Assembly: GCA_964304625.1 (NCBI GenBank)
Contig: OZ199839.1
Location: 9,128,528 to 9,192,527 of the forward strand
Direction of reading: 5' to 3'
Length of the DNA: 64,000 nt
Origin: Kudoa neothunni
Lineage: Eukaryota; Animalia; Cnidaria
Shown here: piece by piece, positions 1 to 13,425 of the stretch
Position numbering within the stretch: position 1 is the stretch's first letter
Layout: the number at the start of each line of letters is the position of its first letter
Translations under genes and position numbers: made by a program
Notes under the pieces: generated by a model
Seen by the model: only the letters and a program-made list of their open reading frames with translations
Told to the model about the DNA's origin: nothing
The model's database searches: none

Positions 1-1805
1 ACAATAACAACGGATAATCTTTAGGAAACACACGATGTGTGCGAATGAACATACAGACAATTTGATTTCGTTAGTGGAAATAACCAAAGGCAAACACGGC
101 AACACCCCATACCATTTAAGAGCAATGGACAGCCATTGTTCTCTCGGTAGAAGTTGGGAGTTGCCAGCTTCGGTGTTCATCATCAGTTGATAATACTCTT
201 TGGTGACATCGGACGCAAATTTTGTGCAACCAAATTTAACAGAAAACTTTTCACGGAATATTCGCGCAAACATGTGTCCAATACGAAAAATCAAAGTGCT
301 CACCGACACACCGTATGTAGAAAGCAAACCATCGTACAGAATATTGCTGATAATCATAGAAGCTAGACGGTCGCATTCACTTTTGCAGAAAAACAAGCTG
401 AAACCATCTGCTTTAGGTTCGTTTTCAGCTTGAGGTAGCGCTAAACTATCTGCAGCAGGTGTTTTCATTCCTACAGTTGTTTAAATAACACCCAAAGAAA
501 ATGCGTAAAAATAACTTGAAGCATGGATATCCTGAAGACAAGTTGATAACAGAGATTTCCATCGTTTGGTTAGATTGTCAAATTTGGCAACCTCATCTGA
601 GCTGGGTTTGGTTTTCTTTAGATAATCAGGAATCGGTATAGAAGTGAATCGTTCGTAAGTGGATCGACTGTCATTTTCTGAGTGTTGAAACTCTTCTTCA
701 CTAAAGTCTACACTTTCATACGGTAGCTTGTTCGAATACAACGCACATTTCAACTCTCGAATCAAATCAGGATCGTACAGTTGTTTGGCCAGCAATGACA
801 AATTTTCGATTTTTGTCAATCTCGAATCGATATGCTCTTCTAGCGAGAGATTGTGATCATCTAACAACTGTTTGAACGCCTCCAAATGAACAGGAAGCAT
901 ACTATCCCAATATTTGTAATTTTTCAACAAATGCTACAAATTCATTGGTTACAGTTAGTTAAATACTTGAACCCATGTGTCACATAAAAGAGACAAATCA
1001 TTTACTTTCGCTAAATCTTCAGGATGAAAATTCTCGTGGTAGAATACAGGTAATGGTTGGTTTCGTTTGATGAGCATTTGATAGGAGATCAGGTTGGCCA
1101 TATGCAACAAATCATCACCATAAGGATAGTTGGTGGCGATAACTTTTGATCCTACGTCGATAGAGAAATCAGCAAGTTTCGATTCGACTATCAACGCCAA
1201 AATAACAGCCGGAGATAGAGAGAACATGCGACGGGTTTTAACGCAAGTTTTCATGGCGTTCTCCAAATCGCCACGAATCAAATGAGCAAATATGACAATT
1301 TCGTTTTTGTTGGTGTGCATTCTTGCCCAGCTGTAGAGTTTTGAGAAACTTTTCGAGTATTTCAACTGATGTTTTGATGAGGTTGTTCTCTCTAGAAAAA
1401 TTATCGAAGAGAAATCGAATAAAAGCAAGAAGAATAACGCGACTCCAAATAAATTACTTTGAGATTTTGATGTTGCTTGTAATTTGTTGTTGATATTATC
1501 AACTGGAGTCTCATTTACGGAAAGCTCATCCTCATTGTTAACAAATGAAAATATATGAGTATCTATTGAGGATCTGTTGACGGTATTTGTTGAGATAACA
1601 CTTTCTTTACATTCTCTTCTATAGGAAATATTAATGGAGTTTATTGAATGAATAAAGGTATATTAATAGATCACTTAGCAACGATAAAACCGTTATTACG
1701 AAAAGGTCTTTTACTCGCCAACAAACCACCTAAATATCGTCTATTTGAGTGGTTGCATTGATTCACCCTCTTTGTCCAACGTAAGGCAATGCATAATTTG
1801 AACAT
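1..1805 (-). CDS. POLRMT: Mitochondrial RNA polymerase, N-terminal part (multi-exon; continues beyond the window start)
   Basis: ATG at 1805 gives an Arg/Lys-rich transit-like peptide MFKLCIALRWTKRV. Four GT-AG introns join the ORFs in frame (e.g. a 33-nt intron near 934-966). The open frame running to base 1 contains SVSTLIFRIGHMFARIF...TKEYYQLMM...LLPREQWLSI, matching the metazoan POLRMT N-terminal domain (LARELS...YRKYL...LPRQYW). The catalytic domain is outside the window. Confidence 0.72.
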
Positions 1806-2480
1806 AATTTGAAATCAACGTGGCCGCTATATTAATCGTTGAATAACATTTATAATTATCATTGTGTAGTTGGTTACTTATTAGAGAAAAATAGAGGGTA
1901 AATTTTTATATTTTGCAATGGGAGAATTTTTAAAGTTGGACCAGCGAAGGAGTGAACAATAGCACTCTTCTGAGCAAAATTTTGAAATGTAATGTGTGTT
2001 TGCGATTAATCACGAAGATATGCGATGATTTTTTTTAAATTTTAAATCGGTTATTAATTTACTATAAAAAAAAAGATATGAATTTCGTATTATATTACAC
2101 TTGTTTATCCTTGTGTATTGACTTGGTTCGTAACCTTTGATTAGATATGCAAAACACGTGGCTCTTAAAACTTAATACTGCCATGCCTAACAGTTGCGAA
2201 TTGTATTAATTCTAAATTTTTTATTTTTATGCTATTAAGGTGCTACTATTATTGTTGGGTGGTTGGAGGTTCTAAGTTGTTTTATTTTTTGATATATTTT
2301 TCTGATGTTAAAAAAATGAAAAATTAGGAACGCATGATTATCAAATTATTATAAATATTCAAAAATAGTCGTGTGCCTTATTTCGAATACGATGAGGATG
2401 TGGTGTATTTATAAGCGTGTGCAATCAAGAGAAAAATGAAGTTCATATTTTATTGGTGTATGCGCACGAGAGCTCTAAAG

Positions 2481-2661
2481 CAAGGGTACCCTCATCTTAG
2501 GGGGTGCGAACTTTGGTCTCAGGTGGTGTGAAACCCGATCAAAATTGCAAATAATTTTTTATAAATTTTAATTCAGTTACACCTTATCGTATACAAAGGG
2601 GTGCGAATTTCGATTTGTCAAAAAATGGGGGTGCGAGTCCAGTTTTAGTTGGGAAGCGCTG
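2481..2661. mobile_element. hAT (Charlie-like) MITE
   Basis: Ends CAAGGGTACCC...GTTGGGAAGCGCTG are flanked by a near-perfect 8-bp TSD CTCTAAAG (2473-2480) / CTCTAATG (2662-2669). Internal GGGGTGCGA repeats. A related partial copy lies at about 52985-53098. Confidence 0.7.
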
Positions 2662-5326
2662 CTCTAATGAATTCCCAACTCAAAAAACCTATTAAAAATC
2701 AATGGATATTCGACATTTATATTAAATATTAATATTTAATATTTAGATATGGAATTATTTTTTACGTAAAATTTTCGAATACACGAATTTATTTGACATC
2801 TCTCTCATATATGCGAATAAAGATAATTTTGGAGACATCATTGGTTATCATTTTATATGATTACTGCGTTGAGAAGTTAATTACAGTAGGAGAAGAGATT
2901 GAAAACGAAAATTTGGTTGGCCTTTTTTTCAAACAAACTAAAAAACGTCTGAAAATATGACGAGAAGAATATATTTGAGGTATTCGACGAAATATTTTCA
3001 ATTTTGGAATTTAATAATGACATTGCCACAATCTCTAGATATTGTTTAATTTTTTCTTGGTCCACAAAATTAAGAAATACCGAGACACTCAAATGCGCAT
3101 AATATACAAATAGTTAGTTTTTAACTATTTGATGTAATGATTTATTATAAATAGAGATCGCAGTTTTCGATTAAAATCAATGTTAATATAATTTAAACGT
3201 CGAAACTTTTTTAAAAATTCGACGTTTATTTTCGGGGAATATTCAAAATCTCCGAAAAATTTCAAAGTAGGCTGTTGCCGGAGAGAAATCGATAGTTTTC
3301 TTGTTGAATGGATCAACGTATTGAAGGTGGATAATGAATTAATCTATAAATGTTACTAAGAGAAATTATCTCTGCAACAAAATAGAATTTACAAGCAAAT
3401 AAAGTCAAAGAAACATACTTCGTTCAAACAGCGTTTCAAAACAACCATTTTCCAATTATTTTTTTAGAGATAGAAAATATAACAAAATTGCGAAATAACT
3501 GGTGTCTGTTATTGTTAGATTGTTAGCGACGTTCTTCCACTATCGTTATTCGATGGGAAAAAATTTGTAGGGGTTTGCTCCTAATTTCTTTTAATTTAAA
3601 GTGTTCCAACATGTGTGCGAACGCACAATTACTCTAACAAAATAAACGTTGATTTTAGTAGTCGAATTTTCTAAAAATCAATGTCAACAACTGCGATACT
3701 TAATTATAAGGATTGTAACCTAAGCTATCATATGCACAATCAACAGCAGAGTGATATGGCATCACCTGTAAGTTAGGCTCGAACACTACCCGTGACTATT
3801 CATTACATTATAAATTATAATATTTGTTCAGTTTGATTTTGTCTTTAATATTTCACTGAGAACAAGTCATTTTCTATTTGTATTATAATCATTTTGAAGA
3901 TTAAAGTATTAAAATAAACAATTATAGGTACGCAATAGCAAGAAACATGAACATCAATTTTCCCTTTGTACAAATTTGCATGTCTTATGTAAAACAAAAC
4001 AATAAAAATGGGTTTCTAATATCATTTGTATTTTTCTCTTATCAAAATAAAATTCTCAAAAAATATGGGAAAATTAACAAATTACGCAATACCGAGAATT
4101 TACTATTTACTGTAATTAAACTTTAGATATGTCTCTAAGCTATATTTTCCTTATAATTTCTTAATTCATATTCTATAATGGATTAATGTGGTAATAAATT
4201 AAAAAACGAAAAAGATAGGGTAAATTATATGATCGCGCCTGCGACTGTTTTTTAATTTTTCGTAGGTTGGGGGACAAGGAAAAGTTACACACTGTAGATA
4301 TTTTAATGTATGCTTTTAAATAAATTATTGATTCAATTCATATTTTTAGATTGTCTTATTTTTCATTTAATAATATTAAACAATATATATTGTATTTTAA
4401 TGTAAAAAAAACCAATTTTTAAATTTTTATGATAACAAAATAAGATAAGTTATTCATTTCGTTTGTCCCAACACAAATTGAATTTTCGAACTATGCAATA
4501 TATTTGTGGCATGCTAATGCTAATGCTAATATAAACTGGTGAAGGAATGTCACAAACATATAGAGTAATGAAATATAATTTTAAGATTACCTCTCAGAGT
4601 ATAATGCTGAGAAAAGTAAGGAATTCATAATGATGGTATTAGCGGACCACATTATTTATGATCCAAGGATTTAAAACCTGTTCAAAATAATGCAAAGTTA
4701 TAAAAAATCTACAAGAATCCAAAAACTATTGTCTTAGATGTATAATATTATATTTTTAAATATTTTAGTCTAATTAATATGGGATCCAAACTAATAAAAC
4801 CCTTAAATGGAGAAATACGGGGAATGATGTGTAATTAAGAATAAGATGATTCAATTTTTAAATGTTTATAATTCTATTGTTCCATTATTAAGAATTATAT
4901 AGTAGTTTTCACTTTAGAAAACTTGCGATTGATATGGAAATGATCAATTACATCCGTATCACACATTAATTGAATGAGATAATTTAATCCATGAAATATT
5001 CTGTTTATTGTGTCCAATCAAAATATAACAAATAATTTTCATGTAAATAAAACACATTTATTAAATTTGTTAATCAGGAAAAGCTGAAGTTTTCAATATG
5101 AGTTAAAAATGCTTTTGGAATAAAAATTTCAATAATCTCAACAGTTATTATTTTAGAATTAAAATTTACAACAATTAAAAATACAAAATTTCATTATAGA
5201 AAAATTTAATTGAATACAAAATATATAAAGAATTTATTTTAATTTTTGTGTTAAAATTCAGAAAAATATATTTTTTGATCAAGCATACATTATCATTTAA
5301 AAAACACAGTATCCCATATAAATTAG

Positions 5327-6629
5327 GATAAAATCGAAAATTACCATGCTGCGAAAAGCATTATAATAACAACCTTAAAATTAATCAACTATCTGTTGAT
5401 AAGGTAAAACATTTTATTTACTTTAATTATTGTTGTCGTAGATACAATGTTTATTAATATCTAATCAACGTTAATTGTGCGTTTATTATGAGAGAAATAA
5501 TTAAGAATAGATAGAATCAATAACCAAAGAGATTTTCGAAACGATAAAGGAACGTTTTCGGTCGAAAGAGTCCATTTATTTTCATTCGAAGCGTGTGTCA
5601 GCTTGCATTGGAGTCCTGTTTGACTCTCAAAACGCTAAAATGAAATCAATGAAATCATTCGCCTACATACATTTAGTAGATGCGAATTTTAAATTAGGGA
5701 CAGATTGGACTGTTGTGGATCAATTCGAATTCGATATTTCACCTTCAAATAAGGGGAAAAAGGACTCCTCATCAATTGGTGATTTGTTTTTTACACTTAA
5801 AGCCTATCAAAAATATGACTTTGAAAGACAGGAATGGACTGTACCTATTATTTGACAATTGATCATGGAGTTAAATAATTTTTCAATATAGTTTAAATTT
5901 GGGGACCAATCCGATAATCCTGTGTACTTTAAGTTTATGGCACTCGAAAAACTTATTACTATAAAATGTGGAATTTATTCGTTGGTAGAACATATTTTAT
6001 TATTTCTTCACCAACGATTAAAATTCTCTAGGCTTATATTCCTCTGATAGATAAAAACCGTGTTAGTTGTATCAACATTATAAAAAACACGTTTCACCTT
6101 TACGAATACATACATGGATTGGTAAAAATTTGTTATGTGATTAATTCCAATAGAAATTAACAAATTTAAAAATTCGATAGAATAAACACTTCCTACATAA
6201 GATTAAATTTCCAACAGAGGAGAAACTTCAACATGCAATTAGATATCTAAAATATATCGGACTTGGCAAAAAATTATTCTTCACAAAAAAATTGTTTGAC
6301 AGCATCAACAATGAAGATATTAAACCAATCCTGTTGAGTGCTTTGGCTGTAATACCAATTTTATTATTTCAACAATTATTTCTGTGTATTTGGTCTAGTA
6401 TTTAGCTGTGATATTCAAATATTGTGACGATAAGGAAGATAGACTCGATATGAATATATTTTTACTCGAAATAGAAGTTTTATTTCATGGGGCGTGCAAA
6501 ATCCTATATAAAGCTATTAAAGAAAGTGGAGATGAAAAAGAATTTGTTGATTTCTGTTTTTCTTCAGTTGAAAAGCTATTAAACCGGGAATATGGTACCA
6601 AAGAAAATGAATCCGACAATCAATCATGA
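5327..6629 (+). CDS. Lineage-specific multi-exon gene of unknown function (copy A)
   Basis: Run of open exons separated by GT-AG introns (…LKAYQKYDFERQEWT|gt; FKFGDQSDNPVYFKF; AIRYLKYIGLGKKLFFTKKLFD…LSALA|gt; ending at the 6408-6629 ORF). The 5' structure is uncertain. Confidence 0.45.
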
Positions 6630-9499
6630 CCTTTGTTTTTGAATTTTAATTTATTTAGATTACTTTGTTTCTGTTGTGTATTTTGCTAAATATATGAATT
6701 TTTCAACATTACTCGAATACTTTGCAAATCGATTACGTTAACTATTATTTAATACGTTTTCTTAAACATATTCGATTTCTGTGCGTTTACTTTCTATCAG
6801 CCTTTGTTATTTGTTAGTTTACTAAAAATCATCAATTTTTGATAATAAATAATAATATATTTATAAGGTCGATGACTGTTTTGTTGCATTTTTAAAACTT
6901 CTGGGCAGGGGTTAGAAATAATTGATTATTGTTGGTAAAATAAATTAGTCATCTTGAAATCGTTTAATTTTAATTGTACTAAGTCACAATCAATGATTTC
7001 AGTTATTGTAATTTTTCTAGAGGCATATTTTCATAAGTATTAATATATTAATATTCGCAATCAAAACCGAATTGTGTAAGAAACCTCATTAATGTCAATT
7101 ATTCTGACGACAATGCTTTTAATAAACGATTAATCATTTTTACTTTAATCATAAGAAAAAGAATATATATGTTGAGAACATATTTTTACTATGTTAAATA
7201 TTAATTAATAAACGTTATAATTGTTTTCGTCATACATTATTGCCTATTATAACAAAATTTAATATAAAATCCAGATAAAAAACGAGTAAAATATTAAATG
7301 ATACACGATACCATAATACTACAGTCATATAATGAGATAGATAAAAGTAAATAAAATACTTCAAATATGTGGATTAAAAGAGACGATATACATGTTTGTT
7401 TCAAACATCTAGACTTTGATTAGTAATATTTTGTCGATATTGATCTTATAAATATGAAGAGAGAATATTTAAGGTTTTTAAAGTTGCATAAGTTGATGAA
7501 CGAATCTTCAAAATCGTATTCAATTACTAACATAGAATGAATGGAAATTAATGTCATAACTTTTTGTTAAAAAATAAATTGGGATCAAAGTTAGTCAATA
7601 TTTATATTATATTAAAAAAAAATTTATTTCGAATTCTAGAAAAATTTTAAGAATTAGTCTTTATCAATAATCACAATTTGGTCAGGTGCATCTGGCACTA
7701 AATACGAAGATGCATTATCGGACCTAAATGAAACATAAAAGCAAAATATATTTAATGTACGATTAAGAAAAAATTGGTTTATTCATAAAATATCTTTTAA
7801 TGAGCTAGAAAAAATGGATGTAGATTACAATTTAAACAAGCATGAAAATTGGCAACTTATAAATCATTAAACACTTGCTACAGGATATAAAACATAAATT
7901 AATGGATTTAAAGATAAAAAAATTATAATAAACAAGAATTTTCATTATAATGTATTAATTAAAATTATTATAATTGCAATTAATCATTTAACTCCAATCG
8001 TTAATTTTTGACCAATTAATTTCTCCAACCACTGCTTCCGAGCTCCTTTGATATCTAATGGAACCCAAGAAATGTTTGAATCAATTTTAGAGAACCTTAT
8101 ATTGCATCAATAACTTTATGACCCCATGTACTCTCCTAAAAACAAGTGTTCTATTAAAAATTTTCAAACAATTTTTAATTGTTAAATTAAAACCATTAAA
8201 TAATAAAATAATTACATATTCCTTCTTTTGGAGTGCAATTAACCCCGATTTTATTTTCTATCAAACAATCTAAAAAAATAATTTTATAACGATTCCGAGT
8301 ATTTAAAAATATTCGTCAAGAGAAAACCGATATAAATTCAAAAACCATAGGCATGTTAAATGTCGATAATTATCGGCGATCGAATCGTTGCTATTATTTG
8401 TTCTGAATGGGATATTTTTAACGAATTTTAGTTCGATATTAGTATAATTTATTATAATCCTAGAGAATTTGATTATTCACATTATTCTGATATCCTAAAA
8501 TTACGAAATACTATCGAAACATATAAGAAAAACAAAAACATAACTAAAAACTTTAACGAAAACATTATTCTAAAATTTGCAAGTATAGCTACCCATTCTT
8601 CAATTAGAGTTACATTCTTAGTTGATACATAACTCATATTTTTGGTGAGACTTTTTTCTCGAATATTAACGAGTTTGTAATTGTTTATTACCATAATTAT
8701 TGGTAAAAGTTAAAAAATCAATACTTATTGGTTTATTCGGGAATCTTTGAATATGCGCCCATTTTTAAATCTAAATCAGAATCACTCAAATTGTTTTGGA
8801 GTGGTTACAAGTGAAGGGATATTTTTCTAAAGATTATTTAATTAAAAAAGTTTATTCGAATTTCGAGGATTATTCATTTGATGACTTCAAATCAAGGATA
8901 ACTTGCAGAATCATGGATAAGTTATACTCCATTTGTGATATTTTTTATAAGCTTATTATCCATGAAGAGAATTTGACAATTGATGAGGCGTTAATTGTTT
9001 TTAAGGTAAAGCATTCAATAATTTATTTTCTAAATTATATTGAATTATATATTGGAAATAAAATAAAATATTATTCAGAAAAGGGATAAAAATTACTTTA
9101 ATCTGAAATTATCATCCTTTCAATTTTTCAGTCTAAGCTACAAATAAAACATTTTTAATTTATAAATAAAATAAAAATATGTATGGAAATTATATTTATA
9201 ATTAATTTAAGTCTAATATTTATGTTTATTATAGACTAAATATTTCAATCATTAATTTATTGCATTGAATATTAGAATGAAAAAAAAAAGTAAGCTCTAC
9301 TCAAAATAATGAATTTTATTTATGATAACATTCATATTTTAGTTAACCGCTAAATAAACCAAATTAAATAATTATCAACTGTTGTTGATTTGTCAATGAC
9401 TCACACTCATGGAAATTAATGCTAAGAAATCAATTATGTCAGCTAATGGGCTAATGTTCCAAAAAGTAAATTAAAATTATTATAGTAAAAACACGTAAA

Positions 9500-10750
9500 C
9501 ATCAGATATGGTAACTAGGTAACATTTCTTGAACAGAAGAAAGAGCATTGTGGTATGTTTCAATTGATAAGCCCATCACACTACACTTAGCATCTATTAG
9601 AATTAAGTTTCTTTAGCTTGAGTTTCCATCTTTGAAACATCCTTCAATCTTGTCCACCAATAAATCACACAGAGCACACTCAAGAACAGGTAACTACAAG
9701 AGAAAATAATCATGAAAAACCAACCAACAAATCCCAAAAATCCTTCGTTAGTTCAAAATAGAAACAACAAAATGAAGTTACATCGGTTGAAGTTTAAGAA
9801 AAAACGTCCTAAATGTGAAGGAACCGCTCGGATGCGAATATTAAAATTATATATGTACAGTAAATTTGATTGTAATCGACAAGAATGGGAGGTAAACAGC
9901 CAAGAGCTTCTACCAACACAATAATATATAATACCTTTCATGTTTAGTATGACAGTTTCAAGTTACATGAAGGGCCACTAGCTATGATGCTTTCCAATTA
10001 TAATCAATTTATTTGTATTTCAAATAATGATAAAGTAGTGGTAATTAAAAAGGAGCCCATTTTTGATAAATCTACATCAATACGTTTTAGAGTGTTTTGA
10101 GCTTCGTTGAAAAAAATCGTCTACTACATGTCACGGTGTTAGGTCAAAGAGCGATTGTTTATGAGTGTGTGACTGGACTGGTGATATTGAGGTTGGCTTT
10201 GGTTGATCTATCTAAACTGTCTATTTTAGAAACAATATTATATCCATAATATGGTTTTCTTTGAACCTATCGATTCCAATCTTATGTGCCTTTTCTTAAA
10301 AATCTTGGGCTTATTGATAAGGTGAACATTACCAGACCTATTTTTGACGAGAGAGAAGACACATTGGAAAAGGAAGATTTGTCAATAGCAATGTTAGCTG
10401 TATACCATTTTTCGTTGTCATTGTCTATGTCGACAATTTGATTCCAAACATATAATTTGGTTATTTTAGTGGTTTGCTGTTGTCTGGAACTACTTTGTAG
10501 ATTTTGAAATGTTTTTAATCATGTCCAAATACTTCAATGATATAACGCAAACCTTTCCACATCTTGCTATTAAATTTAGGTGTATTCTTCATCAAGAAAA
10601 AACTGGAAATCCTATAGAGATATATTGGAGGATTCCGATTCGATATATTAGATGAAAAAAACCCAATTTTGTTTTCTTTTATGTGAATATTAATAATATA
10701 AAACATGGTTATACTTCATCTATAACTTCTATAACTAAATTATTAGTGAC
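9500..10750 (+). pseudogene. Degenerate paralog of the 5.3-6.6 kb gene (copy B)
   Basis: LKLYMYSKFDCNRQEWE|gt and FLKNLGLIDKVNITRPIFD…IAMLA|gt align with copy A and share its donor positions. Other exons appear interrupted. Confidence 0.45.
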
Positions 10751-11175
10751 TTTGATAGTTTAACTGTGTCGAATTTGTTAAGAACTTTTTTTGATATTTG
10801 TTTCTTTTTCGCGTATTAGAAATTCAGACACAAAGCATCATTCAATCAATAATTAATTTGATAATTCTGAAGCCAAAAAATTGAAACACGAATATCATCG
10901 TACATTATTTGTCCAAAGTATTAAAAAAGATTTCACAGGGAACAATTATGTAAATTATACTAAAAATTAATTTTATAAATTCTCCAATCTTATTCATTAC
11001 ATTTTTTTAATAGAATTTATTAATTATCAGGTTTGATTCCTTTACACCTTAATTTTTCCGAGTCCACTAAATATTAGTTCAAACCGTTGATACCTTCCTT
11101 TTAGAAATTATAACCAATAAATCTTTAATCAAATTTATAATCTCCAATTTTTTCCTATTATAAAAATTTATATAA

Positions 11176-13111
11176 AATCATGCTTCGGCAATAATCGATC
11201 ATCGCGCATATCGGTACGCACACATTATCGTTCCCCTTTTTGATGTATAAATCATAAAAATCACACGTATCTATATCTGCTGGATTTATAATCTTTTTAT
11301 GTTTACTATCGAATGTTTATTTTTCTTCTTAAAACATCTATTGGGATAAATAAATATATTAATTTAATCCGTCCAATTACAAGTGCATTATCCTGGCGGA
11401 CTTGATAATCCACTCTCAACTTTATCACCTTTTGTTCAATATGAGTGCATTTTTTGCTTTCCCATCGGATATATAATATATAGAATCCTGATCGATGTAA
11501 AAATTGTCACAGATATAATTCTTTACGTCTACAAGTGAAAAAAGAAAGAGAAACTATAATTAGACTGATTTATTTGACAATGAAACAGGAGAATATTTAG
11601 ATATACAGTGGGTAACCGATTTTCGGTAACTTCAGACTTACTTCCCTTAACCTTCTAAATAAATTTGGGTAGATTTTTACCCCAAGTGAATTTTTCCAAC
11701 AATATTATAGTCCCTATAATATAGTGTATAAACAAAAAATTGCTCCTCTCCATTTTTTGTAATCTTTCATCTTTATGAAATTTTTTCTGTCATATATTAA
11801 AAAAGTTAATGTAAAAACACCTTCCCAATAAAATTATTTTAAATATTAATAAATGTGATTTTTGAAAATCTCCGAAAATTCTATCGAGTAAATAATGAAT
11901 AAATAACGAAACACTATACATGCTATGTTTGTGCGCGTGCGTACAAAGATTAACTTAATTATTTGGAGGGTGTAAATTTTTCAGCTACTTACTTACAAGG
12001 TTAGCCGATGACAGATAGGATAGCACATCGGTGTGACACTCGGACTCAGAACCTTGAGGTAATGGTTTTGAATCCGCCGGTGGTCAGACTATTGCTTTCG
12101 TGTCGGTGGTTCTCTATCCCATATTTGGGAGCTGTTGTTAAAGTGTACGCTCGCCATGAATAGGAGTTTGAATCTCCGAAACCCATCGAAAGCAAGTAAT
12201 TTACAGTCCCCACAGAGCCAACGTTCTTAAAGGGATAGGGTCTGGGGTGGTGGTCGCCCTGAGCCGTGGATGTTTAATGGGTTAAAATCTCACATTACGG
12301 CAAAAAGATGAGGGGCGGGGTTTCGTATTATATCCATATCCTGCGGTGCCAAAGCGTAAATGTAAGAGGTATGACCAACCAGAATTCCACTACCTAATAA
12401 GTTGCGCCAGAGGTTTTACCTTGTAAACCAAAAAAACCGTGTTATATTAATTATTAAACTATAAATGAATGTTTCAATAAAAGTACTTAAGTTGAAAAAA
12501 TTCAATTATTAATAAATAATTCAACCAAGACTCTTAAATATTCAATCTTACACTTGTATCTTGATTTATTCAAAATACAAAATAAAGCTTAGATCATAAC
12601 AGGTTCTGTGACAAGTTACATGTTTATATAAGGTATCATAAATAGTACAGCAAAGTATAAAATGATATAAAAACATAAAAATCAATCTTATCTTATAGTT
12701 TTTTTAACATGATTGTTTTTTTTAAATATCTTCACTTTATATATTGCCTGGTTTCATCAAGTAATTAAACATTTTTATATACATTTTCCATTTTTTACTT
12801 AAATTAACTACTAAGCCATCTATAAAAATGTATAAACTAAAAATTTGTGTATCCTATAATATTGCACAATATTATTCAAGTATATCATAAAATTGAGGTT
12901 TACAGGATGAAACGATAAAGTTGAATAAAACCAGAACAATAACTCCTATGAATAACAAGTGCTAAACACTCTGAACTAAACAAAATTTTTTTTATAAATG
13001 TCCAAATTATAAAAATTGTATGATTTCGATAATTAACTTAGTCAAAAACAAGAAGGAAACTAGATGCGCGATAATGTGCGCGATGCCCGATTATTGCCGA
13101 GGCGTGATTTA
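11176..13111. mobile_element. Non-autonomous TIR DNA element with a nested SINE
   Basis: AAATCATGCTTCGGCAATAATCG…CATCGCGCA at about 11176 is inverted relative to TGCGCGATG…CGATTATTGCCGAGGCGTGATTT at about 13077-13110. No intact ORF inside. Confidence 0.55.
12009..12436 (+). mobile_element. tRNA-derived SINE (copy 1)
   Basis: GC-rich island with A-box-like TAGCACATCGG and B-box-like GGTTTTGAATCC. The body is shared with 49380-49665 on the opposite strand. Ends GGTTTTACCTTGTAAACC followed by an A-run. Confidence 0.7.
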
Positions 13112-13425
13112 TTGTATCGCCTTAGAGTTGAACTTAAAAATTTTTGATTGATCGTTCAATATTATAAAAATGAGTTAAATCATAGAATAGAAGAATGGGG
13201 AATTTGTAAGTACGCGAACACGTTAAATTTTTGGAGCTGAATACTCCTTTTAATTCAATTTAAATATATTCTCACACAATTAAAAAAAGGAAATAATTCT
13301 TCAAATCAATATATAAATTAAATATAATAAGACAGACAGAATCAGTGGAAAATTAATGATAATCTTCCTCACGTGTCTTAATTCCAGTGTAAACAACAAG
13401 CGCCTATTTGTGTTGTGTTGTATCA

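Noticed and set aside
6178-6180. Apparent in-frame TAG suggesting stop-codon reassignment or readthrough
   Set aside because: It is explained as the acceptor of a phase-0 intron (6122-6180), and all conserved genes read correctly with the standard code.
11990-12436. Retrozyme/hammerhead or functional tRNA interpretation of the GC-rich island
   Set aside because: No CUGANGA…GAAA core is evident and the cloverleaf stems are broken; SINE fits better.
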